Positions 36,089 to 45,696 of a DNA stretch of 64,000 nt are shown in pieces. The position numbers were made by a program, and so were the translations under genes. Below the pieces are notes generated by a model that worked only from the letters and a program-made list of their open reading frames with translations, made no database searches and was not told where the DNA came from. Each line of letters begins with the position of its first letter. Position 1 is the first letter of the stretch. Origin of the DNA: Bacteroidota bacterium (GTDB lineage: Bacteria > Bacteroidota > Bacteroidia > Palsa-965); assembly GCA_031412295.1 (NCBI GenBank), contig JANOCU010000032.1, positions 2,904 to 66,903 on the forward strand, read 5' to 3'.

Positions 36089-36829
36089 ATGCGTTGCTTT
36101 TTGCTCTCCGTGGTAATTATATTCCTCGGCAGTTTAATGCTGCACGCAAATCCGGAAGAGCGGAAGAAATTGAAGTATGATACTTCGTCGATTGTAATGC
36201 GTGAAGTATCGATTGAAAAGCAAAAACAATACAGCGAAAGCGAAGAATGGAAATATGAAGATGAAAAATCTTCCGCAACAAAATCCGAACCTACCGTTTT
36301 CGATCGGTTGTGGGATGGCTTCTGGCAAAAAATGTTCGAGAGCTTCGAGGGCAATGGTTCAGGATTTAATCCGTGGACAATTTTATGGATACTAATTTTT
36401 GTAGGACTTGTAGTGCTGGTGATTATGAAAATGACAAATTCTGGAGTCAGCACATTATTTTCCGGTAAAGCACGCGATTCTGAAAAAACAGATGCAACAC
36501 TGGAAGACGTCGATATTCACGCAATCAATTATGAACGACAAATTGCGGATGCATTAGCTAAAAACGATTACCGTCTTGCAGTGCGACTTTGGTTCCTGCG
36601 GACATTAAAATCATTGTCAGATAAAGAATTGGTGCAATGGAAAATGGATAAAACAAACAGCGATTATTTTTATGAATTAGGCGGAACAGCTTATCAAAAG
36701 GAATTCGGTGAAATAAGCAATGTGTATGATTACATCTGGTATGGTGAATTTCCATTAGATCAGAATTCGTATTCCACAGCAGAAGAAAAATTCCATGGAC
36801 TATTCGGAAAGATTAAGCCTAAGAAATAA
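36089..36829 (+). CDS. DUF4129-domain protein
   Basis: N-terminal signal/TM, mid TM, and C-terminal ...ADALAKNDYRLAVRLWFLRTLKSL...DYIWYGEFPL consistent with DUF4129 as found next to MoxR/DUF58 genes. Start at MRCFLLS. Confidence 0.55.
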   Translation: MRCFLLSVVIIFLGSLMLHANPEERKKLKYDTSSIVMREVSIEKQKQYSESEEWKYEDEKSSATKSEPTVFDRLWDGFWQKMFESFEGNGSGFNPWTILWILIFVGLVVLVIMKMTNSGVSTLFSGKARDSEKTDATLEDVDIHAINYERQIADALAKNDYRLAVRLWFLRTLKSLSDKELVQWKMDKTNSDYFYELGGTAYQKEFGEISNVYDYIWYGEFPLDQNSYSTAEEKFHGLFGKIKPKK

Positions 36830-36869
36830 TTGTAAGCACAAAGTAAAAGTGAATATCAAGTAAATGTAA

Positions 36870-38093
36870 ATGAAGAAGAACTGGCCATATTATATTGTTT
36901 TGCTACTGGTCGTGGCCTTCCTTTACCGTGTCTCACAAAACGCGTCGAAGAAACAAATTGACTGGCGTGAAAATTATTCTGCCGATTCAAAGCTTCCTTT
37001 CGGTTGTTTCGTTGTGCGCGATTATCTTGATGAGCTGATGACTGCAGGAGTTAAGAATGTTGATCAAACTCCTTACGTTCAATTAGTAGATTCTGCATTC
37101 AGAAACCGTAATTATATTTTCATCAGCAGTGACGTTCAGCCCACCGCACTCGATGTTGTGCAGCTTTGCCGTTTTGCAGGTAATGGAAATACCGTTTTGA
37201 TTTCCGCCCGCGAATTCGGATTTCTGCAAGACACACTTCATTTTTTAGTTGGCGATCCATTGCTTTTCGATATTCAGAATGATTCGATAAGCACATTCGG
37301 CAGCGCAGTAAGCAGTGGGTCAGTCAATGCGGAAGCAAATCTTGTCAACCCGAATTTACATCTTGATAAAAATGCAGTCTTTGATAAAACAACATACACC
37401 AATGTTTTTATCAAAGTAGATACAGCAAAAACAACCATTCTCGGATTCAACGGTGAAGGCCGCGCTAATTTTATAAAAGTGGCTTTTGGTCGCGGAGAAT
37501 TTCTTGTACATACGTTCCCTGATGCTTTTGGAAATTATTATGCTGCTAAAAAACCAACGCAACGTTATTTGTTAGGTGTGCTTTCTTACCTGCGCGATCG
37601 CCCGACTTTTTTTGATGAGCATTTTAAATCCCGTAAATTTTCCAATGATGATTCGAGAAGATATCTTTTATCTGAACCTGCTTTGAAGCTCGGATATCTC
37701 ATTGTTATTATTACAGGATTCATTGCATTGTTCTTCGGTGGAAAACGTCGCCAGCGCCCTGTGCCGGTTGTAGCAGCACCTGCAAATTCTACATTGGAAT
37801 TTGTTGAACAGGTTGGTGTGCTTTATTATAACCAGGGAAATCATTTCGATATTATCAAAAAGAAGATCAACTATTTCCTCGAATCAGTTCGCACACGATT
37901 TTATGCACAGACAACTGTATTCGATGATAAGTTTTTAGAACGAATGGAAAATTTATCAGGAGTTCCTAAAGAGCAGGTGCATCATCTTTTTGCAACAATA
38001 GATTATCTGCGAAATGCACAAGATGCCGGTGAACAGGATTTGAAAAAGCTGGAGAAATTGATTTGGGATTTTAATCAGCGAAGCAAAAGATGA
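36870..38093 (+). CDS. DUF4350-like membrane-anchored protein
   Basis: N-terminal TM, ~270-aa domain, second TM (LGYLIVIITGFIALFFGG). Position between DUF4129 and MoxR matches the known conserved cluster. Confidence 0.5.
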   Translation: MKKNWPYYIVLLLVVAFLYRVSQNASKKQIDWRENYSADSKLPFGCFVVRDYLDELMTAGVKNVDQTPYVQLVDSAFRNRNYIFISSDVQPTALDVVQLCRFAGNGNTVLISAREFGFLQDTLHFLVGDPLLFDIQNDSISTFGSAVSSGSVNAEANLVNPNLHLDKNAVFDKTTYTNVFIKVDTAKTTILGFNGEGRANFIKVAFGRGEFLVHTFPDAFGNYYAAKKPTQRYLLGVLSYLRDRPTFFDEHFKSRKFSNDDSRRYLLSEPALKLGYLIVIITGFIALFFGGKRRQRPVPVVAAPANSTLEFVEQVGVLYYNQGNHFDIIKKKINYFLESVRTRFYAQTTVFDDKFLERMENLSGVPKEQVHHLFATIDYLRNAQDAGEQDLKKLEKLIWDFNQRSKR

Positions 38094-38178
38094 AAATTTG
38101 AAAATCAAAAATCCAAAACCCAAAACAAAAAAGTATAAATACAAAGGATAAACATTCCCACCCTACATATCTACTATT

Positions 38179-39156
38179 ATGGAAGAACCAATTTACACTA
38201 ATCGCATCGACCTTTCTGATCTGCAGCAAGCTGTTACAAATGTGCGCGCGGAGATCGGAAAAATAATTGTCGGACAGGATCGCATTGTTGATTTGCTGAT
38301 CGCCGCTTTGCTTTCCGATGGTCACGTTCTTATTGAAGGTGTTCCCGGTGTTGCGAAAACACTTACAGCAAAATTATTGGCGCGCACCGTGTCGGTAAAA
38401 TTTTCGCGCATCCAGTTCACACCCGATCTTATGCCTTCGGATGTTGTCGGTACAAGCGTGTACAGTTTAAAATCAAATGAATTCGAATTTCGCGCAGGTC
38501 CGATCTTTTCAAACATCATTCTCATTGATGAGATCAACCGAGCGCCGGCGAAAACACAATCTGCTTTATTCGAATCCATGGAAGAGCGCCAGGTAACTGT
38601 CGATGGAAAAACATACAAGCTTGATGTTCCTTTCATGGTCATCGGCACGCAGAATCCTGTTGAGCAGGAAGGAACTTATCGTTTACCTGAAGCGCAGCTC
38701 GATCGTTTTCTTTTCAAGATTGATGTTGATTATCCGACATTGACAGACGAAACAAAAATTCTTTCCGACTGGCATTCCAGGAAAAACTCGCTTGATATTG
38801 AAAGTGTAAAACCTGTGATCACCGCTGAACAATTAAAAGGTTTTCGCGAAAAAGTGTACAGCCTGCATGTGGAGCCGAATCTTTTAGGTTACATCGCGCA
38901 GATTGTCGGGCAAACACGAAACAATGCTGCTCTTTATCTCGGCGCATCACCACGTGCATCACTTGCAATTTTAACTTCATCAAAAGCGCTTGCAGCAATG
39001 CGCGGAAGAGATTTCGTAACGCCGGATGATATTCGTGAAGTTGCACCGTCTGTGTTGCAGCATCGTGTAATGCTTACCCCGGAAAAAGAAATGGAAGGAC
39101 TTTCCGCAAAAGATGTCGTCCGCCAGATTATTCAACAAGTAGAAATTCCGCGCTAA
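38179..39156 (+). CDS. MoxR-family AAA+ ATPase
   Basis: Walker A GVPGVAKT, Walker B IILIDEINRA, sensor MVIGTQNPVEQEGTYRLPEAQLDRF. Confidence 0.9.
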   Translation: MEEPIYTNRIDLSDLQQAVTNVRAEIGKIIVGQDRIVDLLIAALLSDGHVLIEGVPGVAKTLTAKLLARTVSVKFSRIQFTPDLMPSDVVGTSVYSLKSNEFEFRAGPIFSNIILIDEINRAPAKTQSALFESMEERQVTVDGKTYKLDVPFMVIGTQNPVEQEGTYRLPEAQLDRFLFKIDVDYPTLTDETKILSDWHSRKNSLDIESVKPVITAEQLKGFREKVYSLHVEPNLLGYIAQIVGQTRNNAALYLGASPRASLAILTSSKALAAMRGRDFVTPDDIREVAPSVLQHRVMLTPEKEMEGLSAKDVVRQIIQQVEIPR

Positions 39157-39157
39157 G

Positions 39158-40543
39158 GTGACTGAACCGCAAACAACGCAAAATGTAAAATCGAAGAAGG
39201 GATTTTTTCTTTTCCGGTTTATCCGCTCGTTTTATTTTACGGGACGGTTCTTCCTGCTTTGCGGTTTGCTCGCGTTGTTTTGCCTTGTAGCTTATTTTTT
39301 TCCTTCGCTTTATTACATCGCATGGGTTGCAACACTCGTTCTTCCCTGCATCATGCTTGTGGATTTAATTTTGTTGTATTGCAGGCCCGATGGAATTTTC
39401 GCGCGCCGTGATATGATGGAAAAATTATCCAACGGCGATTTAAATGATGTTCGCATTCATCTTGAAAACAAATATCCTTTTCCAGCCTTCCTGACAATTG
39501 TAGATGAATTGCCTGTACAATTCCAGGCGCGCGATCTCAGCTATAAAGCAACACTTGCTCCATTTAAATCCAAGCTGCTGACGTATAAAGTTCGTCCTGT
39601 AAAACGAGGAGAATATGTTTTCGGATCGCTGAACGTTTTTGCAAAAACCATTTTAGGATTATTGCAACGCCGCTACAAATTTGAAAACGAACAAATGGTT
39701 CCGGTGTATCCGTCGTTTATCCAGATGCGCCGTTATGAATTGCTTGCGATCTCGAATCGATTGAATGAAGCGGGAATAAAAAAGATCCGCCGTATCGGAC
39801 AGAATCGCGAATTCGATACGATCAAAGATTATGTTGCCGGCGATGATCCGCGCACGGTGAACTGGAAAGCAACTGCGCGCAGGAATCGCTTAATGGTAAA
39901 TACGTACCAGGACGAAAAATCGCAGCAGGTTTACGCGCTCATAGATATTGGCCGTGTAATGAAAATGCCTTTCGAAGGATTGACGCTGTTGGATTATGCG
40001 ATCAATGCAAGTTTGGTGATTTCAAATATTGCGATGCTTAAATATGATAAAGCAGGCATTATTACTTTTTCCAAAAAAGTGCATAAGGTATTAGCGGCCG
40101 AACGAAAAGGTTTGCAGATGCACAATATCATGGAGCTGTTGTATGCAACAAAAACCGGCTACCAGGAATCGGATTACGGAAAATTGTACGCGACGATCAA
40201 ACAGCGTGTTCGCCAAAGAAGCTTGTTGTTGCTGTTTACAAATTTCGAAACACTTTCAAGCATGCAGCGGCAATTGCAATATTTCCGTCGCCTGTCAAAA
40301 GATCATTTGCTTGTTGTTATCTTTTTTGAGAATACAGAGTTACGCGCTTTCCTTGATAAAAAGCCGGACAGCATGCAGGAAATTTATTACCAGACCATCG
40401 CTGAAAAATTTTCGTACGAGAAAAAACTGATCGTGAAAGAATTAGAGAAATATGGAATTCACGCAGTTTATACTTCGCCGCAAAATTTAACGGTAAATAC
40501 GATCAATAAATATCTTGAGTTAAAAGCCCGCGGGTTAATTTAA
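39158..40543 (+). CDS. DUF58 (vWA-like) protein with N-terminal TM helices
   Basis: REFDTIKDYVAGDDPRTVNWKATARRNRLMVNTYQDE is the DUF58 signature; starts 2 nt after the MoxR stop. Confidence 0.8.
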   Translation: MTEPQTTQNVKSKKGFFLFRFIRSFYFTGRFFLLCGLLALFCLVAYFFPSLYYIAWVATLVLPCIMLVDLILLYCRPDGIFARRDMMEKLSNGDLNDVRIHLENKYPFPAFLTIVDELPVQFQARDLSYKATLAPFKSKLLTYKVRPVKRGEYVFGSLNVFAKTILGLLQRRYKFENEQMVPVYPSFIQMRRYELLAISNRLNEAGIKKIRRIGQNREFDTIKDYVAGDDPRTVNWKATARRNRLMVNTYQDEKSQQVYALIDIGRVMKMPFEGLTLLDYAINASLVISNIAMLKYDKAGIITFSKKVHKVLAAERKGLQMHNIMELLYATKTGYQESDYGKLYATIKQRVRQRSLLLLFTNFETLSSMQRQLQYFRRLSKDHLLVVIFFENTELRAFLDKKPDSMQEIYYQTIAEKFSYEKKLIVKELEKYGIHAVYTSPQNLTVNTINKYLELKARGLI

Positions 40544-40548
40544 TTCCG

Positions 40549-42339
40549 ATGCTTACTAAATCCAAAACGTTTTTCGTTAACAAAGTAAAATGGATTTTTC
40601 TCCTGGTCATCGGAATTCTATCCATTTGGGCTGCGCTGAATAAAATGCGCGGTGATGGTTGGCGGTATACCATTTACATGGATGGCCGTGGATATTATGC
40701 TCAACTTCCAGCATTCTTAATTTACAATGATCCGGCTTATGAATTTTACAGCAGTCAATCCGCAGTTATTAACGACGAACCAAGCTTTCTGAATGAAATC
40801 GATGGTAAGTATGTAAATAAATATTTCTGCGGCGAACCTTTCTTACAGCTCCCGTTTTTTACTGCCGGTCATTTGATCGCGAAAAGTTTTGGCTATAAAG
40901 CGAATGGATATTCAGAACCTTATTTTTATTGCATTGCGTTCGGAGCACTATTTTATTTCCTGCTTGGATTATTTTTTCTCTGGAAGCTGCTGGAGAAATT
41001 TTCTTTCAGGAAGCCTGTTATACTTATTGTTTGCATTTGTTTTGCAGCAGGAACAAATCTTTTTCATTATGCAGAGTACGAACCTTCAATGTCGCATATT
41101 TATTCCTTCGCGGCCGTTGCAGGTTTCCTTTATTTCATGCGTTGCTTTTTTCTTTCTCCTTCACGGAAATACATTCTGCTTTCAGCAGCAGCGTTGGGTA
41201 TTGTGGCTTTGCTTCGGCCTGTAAACCTGGTTGTGCTGTTAGCATTTCCTGCAATGGCCGGAAATTGGGAAAATGTAAAAGCAGGATTTCGCTGGATGGG
41301 AAAAAATGTTTCTTCAACAATGATCAGCGTTGTAATTTTCTCGATCATCTGTTCTGTCCAGCTTTTGATTTACTACTGGCATACAGGAAAATTCTTTGTG
41401 TGGGCTTATAGTGGAGAAGGATTTGATTTCGCTCACCCGCATTTTTTCGGAACGCTCTTCAGCTATGAAAAAGGATTGTTTGTTTATATGCCAATGACGT
41501 TGCTTGCACTTTTCGGCTTTTTCATAATTGCAAAACGATCACCTTACCTGCTTTTTACTTTGTTGCCTTTGCTTGCACTCATCGCATGGATTGTTTCCTC
41601 GTGGCACGAATGGCGATATGGTTACAGCTTCGGACTTCGCGCATACATTGATTATTATGCATTGTTTGCATTACCACTAGCATTTTTAGTTGATTTCGCA
41701 TTCCGACGAAAACTTTTTCTCGCTCCTGTTGTCCTTACATGTTTGCTGTTTATTTTATTATATGGCATACAGGAATATCAATTTCAAAACAGAATTCTTC
41801 ATGCCGGTGCAATGAATAAAGAAGCCTATTGGATGGTGTTTTTAAAAACCAGTGATGAATACCAGGATCTGATTACCGAAGAAACCCAGCTGATTGAATC
41901 TGACGGAGATTTTAATGACATGGAAGGAAATGTAAAATGGCTCGGTCATGAAACAATCGTGGCTGATGCAGGTTTTTCCGGGAACCATTCTTCACGCATC
42001 GATTCTGTTTTTCCATATTCCTGTGCATTTGTGCGTAATATGTCAAGGAGTGAAATGTTCGATCATCCCACCCGCTTACTGATTTCTGCACAAATATTAC
42101 GCAAGGATACTTCCGGCCAGGCAATGCTCTCAGTTGCGCAGGTGAGAAATAATAACACGTACTTCCTTTATAATTATCCATTACCGCTTGTAAAAACAAA
42201 TGGTGAATGGCAGCAGATCACGCATGAAGTACTACTTCCCGGAAAAACAGTCAGTAATCAAATGCTGAAAGTATTCTTTGTCCATAAAAAAGGTGAACTT
42301 TATATTGATGATCTCAAAGTGCAGGTAAAAGAAAAGTGA
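40549..42339 (+). CDS. Polytopic membrane protein (~11 TM) with ~150-aa C-terminal soluble domain; possibly a GT-C-like glycosyltransferase
   Basis: Topology only; the first extracytoplasmic loop carries RGDGWRY..DGRGYY. No confident family. Confidence 0.4.
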   Translation: MLTKSKTFFVNKVKWIFLLVIGILSIWAALNKMRGDGWRYTIYMDGRGYYAQLPAFLIYNDPAYEFYSSQSAVINDEPSFLNEIDGKYVNKYFCGEPFLQLPFFTAGHLIAKSFGYKANGYSEPYFYCIAFGALFYFLLGLFFLWKLLEKFSFRKPVILIVCICFAAGTNLFHYAEYEPSMSHIYSFAAVAGFLYFMRCFFLSPSRKYILLSAAALGIVALLRPVNLVVLLAFPAMAGNWENVKAGFRWMGKNVSSTMISVVIFSIICSVQLLIYYWHTGKFFVWAYSGEGFDFAHPHFFGTLFSYEKGLFVYMPMTLLALFGFFIIAKRSPYLLFTLLPLLALIAWIVSSWHEWRYGYSFGLRAYIDYYALFALPLAFLVDFAFRRKLFLAPVVLTCLLFILLYGIQEYQFQNRILHAGAMNKEAYWMVFLKTSDEYQDLITEETQLIESDGDFNDMEGNVKWLGHETIVADAGFSGNHSSRIDSVFPYSCAFVRNMSRSEMFDHPTRLLISAQILRKDTSGQAMLSVAQVRNNNTYFLYNYPLPLVKTNGEWQQITHEVLLPGKTVSNQMLKVFFVHKKGELYIDDLKVQVKEK

Positions 42340-42389
42340 TTAGCATTCATTTTATTTTAAGCTAACTTTACCATTATAACCCCCGATTA

Positions 42390-43796
42390 ATGCTTTTCAA
42401 TTCAGTTCAATTTCTTTTTTTTCTGCCCATTGTCGTAGCGCTTTATTATTTGCTTGCTCCGCGTTTGAGGTGGATATTACTTTTTGCGGCGAGCTGTTAT
42501 TTCTATATGGTTTTTTATCCGCCATATATTCTCATTCTTTTTGCAATTGTTTTAATTGATTATTTCAGCGGACTACTGATCGAAAAAAGTAAAGGCGCCC
42601 GACGAAAGTTTTTTCTTTTAATAAGCATCATCGGAAATATCGGGCTCTTATCTTATTTTAAATATTTCAATTTTTTTCTCACTTCGTGGAATGACATCGC
42701 CGGAACTGATATCGGGATGACATTTGAAATTGAATTTATTTTGCTGCCGATCGGACTTTCCTTTCACACATTTCAATCGCTGAGCTATACGATTGAAGTG
42801 TATCGCGGAAACCAAAAAGCGGAACGGCACATCGGCTATTTTGCAAATTACGTTTTGTTCTTTCCGCAAATGGTGGCAGGTCCGATTGAACGTTACGAAC
42901 GATTAGGAAACCAGCTTCGCGAAACGCATCCGTACCGGTATGAAAATATTTCCACCGGATTTAAGCTCGTGCTTTACGGATTGTTTGTGAAAATGTGTGT
43001 AGCCGATAATCTTGCACCGATTGTAACACAAGTGTATGAGCACCCTGAAAATTTTAGTCCGCTTTCCATTTTTCTCGCGCTTGTAGCTTTTTCATTACAG
43101 ATCTACGCTGATTTTTATGGCTATTCTACCATTGCAATCGGTGCAGCAAAAATGATGGGAATAAACCTGATGGATAATTTCCGCCAGCCTTATTTCGCTG
43201 TTAACATCCGCGATTTCTGGCAACGCTGGCATATTTCACTCAGCACCTGGTTCAGGGATTATGTATTTATTCCGATGGGCGGAAGCAGGGTAAATACATT
43301 TCGCTTCATGTTCAATATTCTTGTGCTGTTTACCATCAGCGGATTCTGGCACGGCGCACAATACACGTTTTTAATCTGGGGCGCGCTGCACGGCATTCTT
43401 TATTTAATGGAATACTTTATAAATAAAATTCCGGGTGTGAACGCATTGACAAAACTACCTGTTGCAAAAATATTTCTCGGACTAAAAACATTTCTGCTCG
43501 TTACTTTTATCTGGATATTTTTCCGGGCGGAAAATATGGACAATGCAAAAGGAATTATCCATGGACTCTTTCAATCTGCGCAGCCGAAAGATGTGCCGCT
43601 TGATTTCAGGATATGGATATTGATTCCTGTCTTTTTGTTTTTTATTCTTGAGATCAGCATTGTGAAAAGCCGTTTTGATGCGTGGTTACAAAATCGGGTG
43701 GTTTTTACGCGGTGGTTTTCTTACGCTGTGTTGATCTTTTGTATTTTACTTTTCAGCGGAATAAAAAGTTATGAATTTATTTATTTCAAATTCTGA
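42390..43796 (+). CDS. MBOAT-family membrane-bound O-acyltransferase (AlgI/DltB-like)
   Basis: N-terminus MLFNSVQFLFFLPIVVALYY and conserved FWHGAQYTFLIWGALHG histidine motif. Confidence 0.8.
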   Translation: MLFNSVQFLFFLPIVVALYYLLAPRLRWILLFAASCYFYMVFYPPYILILFAIVLIDYFSGLLIEKSKGARRKFFLLISIIGNIGLLSYFKYFNFFLTSWNDIAGTDIGMTFEIEFILLPIGLSFHTFQSLSYTIEVYRGNQKAERHIGYFANYVLFFPQMVAGPIERYERLGNQLRETHPYRYENISTGFKLVLYGLFVKMCVADNLAPIVTQVYEHPENFSPLSIFLALVAFSLQIYADFYGYSTIAIGAAKMMGINLMDNFRQPYFAVNIRDFWQRWHISLSTWFRDYVFIPMGGSRVNTFRFMFNILVLFTISGFWHGAQYTFLIWGALHGILYLMEYFINKIPGVNALTKLPVAKIFLGLKTFLLVTFIWIFFRAENMDNAKGIIHGLFQSAQPKDVPLDFRIWILIPVFLFFILEISIVKSRFDAWLQNRVVFTRWFSYAVLIFCILLFSGIKSYEFIYFKF

Positions 43797-44848
43797 TGAT
43801 GAATAGATCCATTCTTAAAGGAATTTGTTTTTGCCTTTTGCTTGTGAGCGTAACGGCGCTGGCTAATGTCGTGTATGTGAAATGGTTTTATTACGATGAT
43901 GTTGTTGAAGCAGATGCTACGATGTTATTCAGGCTGGATAGTTTAGAAGATGTTGCTGATATTATTTATATCGGTGAATCTTCAAATGCAACTTATGCTA
44001 AAACGGATACTTGCGCATTACGAATAAGTGAATTAATTCAGCGACAAGTTCCCGGTGCTGTTGTTGCAACACTGGATCATGGCGCGTATCATGCAAGAGG
44101 ATATTTGGAGCTGATTAAAAATATTACTCCCGGTTCAAGAGTGAATACGTTGATTATAACAATGAACCTTCGTTCATTCGGCGCGCTTTGGATCAATTCT
44201 ACGCTTGAAACGCCACTGATGAAAGCGAATGTAATGTATCAGCGTTATCCGCCAATCATAAAAAGAATGATGCTGGCATTGGGGGAATACGATCAGAAAA
44301 CATGGGAAGAACGCGCACCGATCATCCGGGATCATTGGAAGAATGATAAGCTGAATGTGCCACCTGATTTTCCGCACAAGACTACGAGTGAATGGGATGG
44401 GTGGCGTTGTATGGCGGGCATTGATACTTTACCGGATGGAACCTGGGATCACGCACGGATAAATTTTGCCTGTAACTTCATTAAGATTTTAGGGTTTTCC
44501 ATTGATACACTTTCAAACCCGCGAATAAAAGATTTTGATGAGATCGTAGAAGTGGCGAAGGAAAAAAACCTGCATCTTGTTTTTAATCTTTTGCCCGAAA
44601 ATGTACAATACGCTGATTCAATCGCAGGGCCGCAGCTCGCTCAATTGATCAGGCAAAATCGTGATCTGCTGGTGAAGCGGTATAATAAGAATGGAGTGAT
44701 TGTAGTTGATAATATTGAAAAGGTGCCGGGGAAAAATTTCATTGAGCAAGACCAGGTCACCGAACATTATGATCAGCTTGGAAGATGGATCATCGCCACG
44801 AATGTTGTAATGACGGCAGGAAAATATCTTACAAAAAGAGGATCATGA
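43796..44848 (+). CDS. Hypothetical exported protein, possible AlgJ/DltD-like partner of the MBOAT
   Basis: ATGA-coupled to the MBOAT gene; N-terminal signal anchor. Functional call by context only. Confidence 0.35.
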   Translation: MMNRSILKGICFCLLLVSVTALANVVYVKWFYYDDVVEADATMLFRLDSLEDVADIIYIGESSNATYAKTDTCALRISELIQRQVPGAVVATLDHGAYHARGYLELIKNITPGSRVNTLIITMNLRSFGALWINSTLETPLMKANVMYQRYPPIIKRMMLALGEYDQKTWEERAPIIRDHWKNDKLNVPPDFPHKTTSEWDGWRCMAGIDTLPDGTWDHARINFACNFIKILGFSIDTLSNPRIKDFDEIVEVAKEKNLHLVFNLLPENVQYADSIAGPQLAQLIRQNRDLLVKRYNKNGVIVVDNIEKVPGKNFIEQDQVTEHYDQLGRWIIATNVVMTAGKYLTKRGS

Positions 44849-44857
44849 TCATTGCAG

Positions 44858-45481
44858 CTAAGCCGCATCTTCTGCCATTTTTACTTCGGCAAGCGCAGCA
44901 AACAAATAAACGTGACGCGCATTTTTTTCCAAACATTTATATCGCTTGCGGATCTTTTGTCCTTTGATAAAATAACGCTGGTTGTAAATAAAAACAGCAT
45001 TCAAAGGAAGCGTTTCAAGATGTACGAATTCACTCGGTGCATCGTACTTTTTTAAGATCCGCAATAAATGATCATCCGAACAGCTTGATGCAGCAGGATT
45101 TTTCATGTAGCCTACAATCGCCTGGAAAACATCTTCAGGAAAAATTTCCAATCGCATAAAAGGACGCATCAATTCTTTAAACGAATTTTTCCATTCTTCC
45201 CCGTGCGGCTTCACGCGATTTCCAAAACGTTCCTGCGTAAGCAAATGCGCAATCTCATGAACAAGCGTAAGCAGGAATGCAAACTTGTTCAAATCCTGGT
45301 TGACAGTGATCTGGTGATTGCGCCCCGGCAACGGAGGACGATAATCACCGAATTTCGATTGCCTGCTTTTTTTTATTTTCAGCTTGAAATTGAAATGCAG
45401 AATCCACTCTGAAATCAGTGGAACCGCCTGTTCAGGAATATATTTCGCAAGAATGGATTGGTTTCTCGTTGACTGATCCAT
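44858..45481 (-). CDS. SprT-like zinc-metallopeptidase-fold protein
   Basis: LVHEIAHLL...E..W (HExxH) in the SprT-like arrangement; ~200 aa. Confidence 0.6.
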   Translation of the reverse strand: MDQSTRNQSILAKYIPEQAVPLISEWILHFNFKLKIKKSRQSKFGDYRPPLPGRNHQITVNQDLNKFAFLLTLVHEIAHLLTQERFGNRVKPHGEEWKNSFKELMRPFMRLEIFPEDVFQAIVGYMKNPAASSCSDDHLLRILKKYDAPSEFVHLETLPLNAVFIYNQRYFIKGQKIRKRYKCLEKNARHVYLFAALAEVKMAEDAA

Positions 45482-45495
45482 AGTACAAAAATATG

Positions 45496-45526
45496 TACGA
45501 ATTACGATTTACGAATTACGATATTA
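45496..45526. repeat. CGAATTA/CGATTTA heptamer tandem repeat (reverse complement of TAATTCG)
   Basis: gtacgaattacgatttacgaattacgatatt. Confidence 0.7.
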
Positions 45527-45571
45527 AAAAAGAGCGTGTAATCTTTTTCTTACTTATCAACAAATAAAAAG

Positions 45572-45690
45572 AGTAGTCAGTAGTCAGTAATTAGTAATCC
45601 TGTAATCAGTAATCAGTAATCAGTAATCCTGTAATCCGGTAATCAGTAATCCGGTAATCAGTAATCCCGTAATCAGTAATTCGTACATTT
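45572..45690. repeat. Largest heptamer array: ~16 tandem GTAATCA/GTAATCC(N)/GTAGTCA units (~118 bp) ending 6 nt before the K+ channel start codon
   Basis: gtagtcagtagtcagtaattagtaatcctgtaatcagtaatcagtaatcagtaatcctgtaatccggtaatcagtaatccggtaatcagtaatcccgtaatcagtaattcgtac. Confidence 0.9.
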
Positions 45691-45696
45691 ACCCTG

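Noticed and set aside
45572-45690. Heptamer array as CRISPR or coding repeat
   Set aside because: The unit is only 7 nt, the array contains in-frame stop codons, and there are no spacers.
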